This document shows positions 58,263-64,000 of a DNA stretch of 64,000 bases, in pieces. Location of the stretch: the NCBI GenBank assembly GCA_009914755.4, contig CP086569.2, forward strand, positions 4,352,001-4,416,000, read 5' to 3'. This DNA comes from the human T2T-CHM13v2.0 reference genome, Homo sapiens. The translations under genes and the position numbers were made by a program. Positions within the stretch are counted from its first letter, which is position 1. Each line of letters begins with the position of its first letter. The notes under the pieces are model-generated. The model was not told where the DNA came from. It did no database searches and saw only the letters and a list, made by a program, of their open reading frames with translations.

Positions 58263-61200
58263 AACAGTATCTGAATTAATGATTAGAGAAGTTATTGAAA
58301 ACTGTGTTTTAGAGTCCCTAATAGTCACACTATGACTTTAATACATAACATGCAAATTCCAATGAAATGAGTCCAAACTATAAGTTTATGGAAATATAAA
58401 AGCATGCGAGAATTTCCAAATCTACACAGTAAATGAAGTGATCTCAGCAGTGATTCTATTTTATCAACAGTCTCAGAGATTGTGTCCAGTGCAGTGTCTT
58501 GTACCCAGTGTTCAATAAATGTCTGTGTATTTATTAATTAATGATCTTATATCATTTTAGATTACTACATCTTGGCAGTTAATTTGTGGGAAATGTATTA
58601 ATTAAAAAATATTTTTAAAAATAATTGATTTTTTTCCTCTTGAAACCACACATTTTTGCTACTGAAAAATCTGCTTATCATGTTAGTGAAGTATCCAATT
58701 TCTTTACTTCTTTCACCTTCCTCTTATTTAAGCTGACTCACTTCTCACAACAGAGAAGGCATATAAGTAAGAGAAAGTAAAATTATAAACATTGCATTTC
58801 TTGTTTCTTAGTAGCTTGGGTAAAAAAGATGTGTTTAGATGTGTTTGAAGAAAGGTAAAGTTATTAGAAGAATGAGCTTTTTACATTAAATATGTTTCAT
58901 TATCCTTGTTCCCCTTACTTTCAATCAGCAACTATGCCTATATTATGTTTTTAAGAATACATTCTGCAAATAAGCCTAACCGTTATCTGCATCTGTTTCA
59001 GCTGAAACACTATGCAGATGCAATTGGTGAGATCTAAAACTAGGCTCAGATACTTAGAAAAATCTCAAGCATTTTGGATAGTTTTCAAAAGATTTGAAAC
59101 ATTTATTTTGAGACCTCACTATACTTGATTCCAAAGGGAAAGATACTTATTTCTATTTGGCATCTACAAATCAGACAGAATCTTTTTATTTTGTAGTTTT
59201 GCTATTTTTAGTACTATACTGCAAGTTACTGATTTTAATTTGTTCAGCTTGTACTTGAAATTCATAAACTCTGTTCTGTCAGACAACATAGAAAAAAATC
59301 TTAGTTTAGTGCAAAATAAACTTAGGATTAAAAGTGAGTTTGTATATGCAGAATATCATGTTCTTTCTTACATTTCTAAATAAAACATTTAAAACATGTA
59401 TATTCCAAATAATGGAAAATTATATTAATTCTAGTCATACACCCAAATTATAAAGAATTAAGTGTAACATTTCTTGCCATCTTTATAGAGTCAGAAAGAA
59501 TATATCAGCACTACCATAATTCAAGAAAACACTGTTTTGCATTTGATTCAATTAATAAAAGATGAATATATAAAAATTGACAACATAATTTAACCTTTTG
59601 AATCTAGCCCATTTTATATGTGTTTATTTGAGGACCCTCAATATACAATGGCATCCTTCATTATACAACAGCATCCTTCACTACAAAGTTCTATCTACTA
59701 TAACAAGAAAGTGTCCTGTTGAATAAAACAGCTCTTTATCCCTTTGCTTAAGAAGATATAAAGTTAAAAATACAATGTATTTACTACTAAAGCAGGGTCA
59801 TCCAATACACTCAGTATTTTACAATGGAAAAAGCTGTAGATGATCATACAGGGAGCTGATGCTCTCAAAATGAGAACCAAGAATTGCTGAGATTTCCAAT
59901 TATACCTTCAGCTTCTCAAGGCTCCCTCTCTAGAACACCATTAAGGAAGCATATTCTTCTTTCTTTAATGCTACTTGCTCTTACCTCTTCTTCTCCTGAT
60001 TAGGCATAGGGATGATTGAGCCTTCGTTGAATTAGCTAACCCACTATAGAGAGCAATAAGAAGCCCCAAAATTCTGGATACACAGGTGTGCAGAACAGGC
60101 TATATTTGGGTTTGTTACCTAACCAGACTGATATTCCATGAATAATTTCTACTATAGAACAGGCAAGTCCAATTATATGAAGGAAAAAATTTGCCCATAA
60201 CTTCTATTTGATACAGATGAATATAGCTTGTGACCTAAAACAAATGAATGCTTATCTCCCATGTAATGAGATATATTTTAACATTTATTCAGTGTCCAGC
60301 ATATATAAGGCCTCTTGTTGGGTCTAAGGGTAAGAAAAGATGAAAATGTGAAGATGTGATCTTTGTTCTGAAGGTGTTTTTAAGCCCGTAAAATTCATAT
60401 AAGTTGCAAAACAAAGTTTGAAAGATAAAACAAGTGAGATAAACTCAAAATGGTATAGAAACACAATAAAGTATCATAGCAATTGGACCTGGGGAGCTCC
60501 AGAAAGATAGAATTATGTTATGAAGAATAGGTCAAATTTTGACAGAGTGGGAAATTCATAGTCTAGTTTGCCTGGACTATGAGGTAAATGCTAAAGAAGC
60601 AGAAGCAGAATCTGGAATAGTAATTTTTAATTTTGGTGATAATCATTTTTTTCTTTTATGCATCATGCTTTCTGTGTCATATCTAAAAACACATTTATTT
60701 AACCCAAGGCTAAGGTAGTAAATACATTCCCTTTTGTTTCCTATTATTTGTTTTATAGGTTAAGGTTTTCCATTTTGGCCTGTGATCCATTTTGTATATA
60801 CTATGAGAAATATATAGGACAAGGTTTAACTACTTATTTCTCTTATGGCAGTCCAATTGTTTCTGCTCCATTTTTGGATAAGACCATTCTTTCTTCATTT
60901 TCTCCACTGAACTGCCTTTGACAAAAACCAATTGATCATATATGTATAGGGATATTTCTGGGCTCCCTTTTTTATTTCATTGATCTATTAGTTTATCTTT
61001 TTACCAGTACCACACTGGCTTAATTATTGAAGCTTCATACTATCTTAAAATCAAGTAGTCTAAACTCTCTATTTTTTTTTTCAAAATTACTTTAGTCACC
61101 CTTCTTGAAACTCAGTAATAATTCTATGGTCAAATATCTTGCAATGCGATGTGTAGAAGTCATGATTTGTCAAGCTCTACAGCTGCTGACATACTTAACT

Positions 61201-61416
61201 AGTCCACAAATAGCATTTTTAGGGTCCTTCAGGATTTCTGGTGGACAGGATTCAGGTCACTGAGAATATATGTGTGACAGATTTTTAGAAAGTTCTCAAT
61301 GAGGTTTATTATAGAAGAGAAAAACTAATTCAACCAGAAGAAAATATTTTCTTAAAATCAATTATTTGGGCTTTTTAAAAAGTTTCAGGAAAATCATTTA
61401 TGTGAACTGTATTTTT

Positions 61417-61546
61417 TTTTAACTTTTATTTTAGATTCAGGGATATGTATGTAGATTTGTTATATGGATAAATTTCATGTCACAGGGGTTTGATTTACAA
61501 ATAATTTTGTCATCTAGGAAATAGGCATAGTACCTAATAGGTAGTC

Positions 61547-61547
<1 letters not shown>
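61417..61547 (-). mobile_element. Short 5'-truncated L1 (L1PB-like) 3'-end fragment, minus strand, abutting the MaLR internal region
   Basis: Poly-T at 61417-61426 is followed by 'aacttttattttagattcagggatatgtatgtagatttgttatatggataaatttcatgtcacaggggtttgatttacaaataattttgtcatctaggaaataggcatagtacctaataggtagt'. Compare the L1PB 3' end in reverse complement: 'ttttattttagattcaggggtacatgtgcaggtttgttacatgggtaaattgcatgtcacaggggtttggtgtacagattatttcatcacccaggtaataagcatagtacccaataggtagt'. Confidence 0.75.
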
Positions 61548-63421
<1,874 letters not shown>

Positions 63422-63824
63422 CAATTTTCCTTATTAGTCTCTTCTCCTATTGCTATAAACAGCTACCTTAGACTGGGTAATTTATAAAGAAAAGAGGTTT
63501 AATTGGCTCGTGGTTCCACAGGCTCTACAGGAAGCATGGCTGTGGAGGCCTCAGAAAAGTTACAATCATGGCAGAAGGTGAAGGCGAAGCAGGCACATCC
63601 TACATGGTTGGAGCAGGAGGAAGAGAGTGAAATGGGAGGTGCTACACACTTTTAAACAACCAGATCTCATGAGAACTAACTATCACAAGAACTGCAAGGG
63701 GGAAATCTGCCCCCCTGATCCCAGCACCTCCCACCAGGTTCCTTCTCCATTAGGAATTACTATTTGACATGAAATTTGGGTGAGGACACAAATCCAAACC
63801 ATATCAGGCACATGCAGCCAGGTG
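63422..63824 (-). mobile_element. MaLR LTR (THE1/MST-type), minus orientation. It is the element's 5' LTR in its own orientation and lies directly next to the internal region.
   Basis: 'ctataaacagctaccttagactgggtaatttataaagaaaagaggtttaattggctcgtggttccacaggctctacaggaagcatggctgtggaggcctcagaaaagttacaatcatggcagaaggtgaaggcgaagcaggcacatcctacatgg...ggtgctacacacttttaaacaaccagatctcatgagaactaactatcacaagaactgcaagggggaaatctgcccccctgatcccagcacctcccaccaggttcc...atgaaatttgggtgaggacacaaatccaaaccatatca' is the reverse complement of the THE1/MST LTR, which begins 'tgatatggtttgg...' and ends '...ttataaattacccagtct.aggtat...'. Confidence 0.8.
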
Positions 63825-64000
63825 GCTAAGCACAAGATGTCAGCATCCAAGCAGGGTGAGAGCAGCGTGGTGGTCAGCCTGGTGTGGGATATTCAGGACT
63901 ATGCAGGATGAGGAGGATCTCCACATGGAGATATGAGTTGGGGCACAATCTCAGACTTGAGCATGACAATGAGGTTATATGTGCAGAGGAGTGGCTGAAG

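Noticed and set aside
63830-64000. GC-richer terminal 170 bp ('...cagcgtggtggtcagcctggtgtggg...') that might start another repeat or exon
   Set aside because: The segment is too short and cut off by the window edge. There is no recognisable family or ORF signal.

Overview
This window is primate (almost certainly human) nuclear DNA, not a prokaryotic locus. It is AT-rich and CpG-depleted, with no CpG island, no recognisable intact protein-coding exon and no RNA gene that I can support. It contains no operon-like ORF array, no CRISPR array and no candidate novel multi-gene system.

Well over half of the window is transposable-element sequence:
- Seven Alu SINEs or Alu monomers. Several show intact target-site duplications (TSDs).
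- At least ten LINE-1 segments. These include one near full-length old L1 on the plus strand (17359-23207) and one full-length old L1 on the minus strand (29265-36400) that carries an Alu insertion and has a 12-bp TSD.
- An ancient L1M covering about 5.9 kb on the minus strand (37334-43220).
- Two L1PA-like 3' fragments, a young L1 nested inside an older L1, and a THE1/MST-type MaLR LTR element interrupted by an Alu.
- MIR fragments and assorted microsatellites: (AC)n, GGAA-rich, (TAA)n, (AAAG)n and (TG)n.

Every six-frame ORF of 100 aa or more lies in L1, Alu or MaLR sequence, or is the translation of a GGAA microsatellite. The only exceptions are the ORFs at 1353-1703(-), 23484-23789(+) and 50553-50972(+), which have no recognisable domain and which I treat as chance ORFs.

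The most unusual non-TE structure is an inverted duplication of about 385 bp (2095-2480 versus 3511-3892) with a spacer of about 1 kb. Several other observations come from nested insertions, TSDs and microhomology junctions that give a relative chronology of the insertions.

Coordinates of repeat boundaries are by-eye estimates, good to roughly ±10-30 bp.
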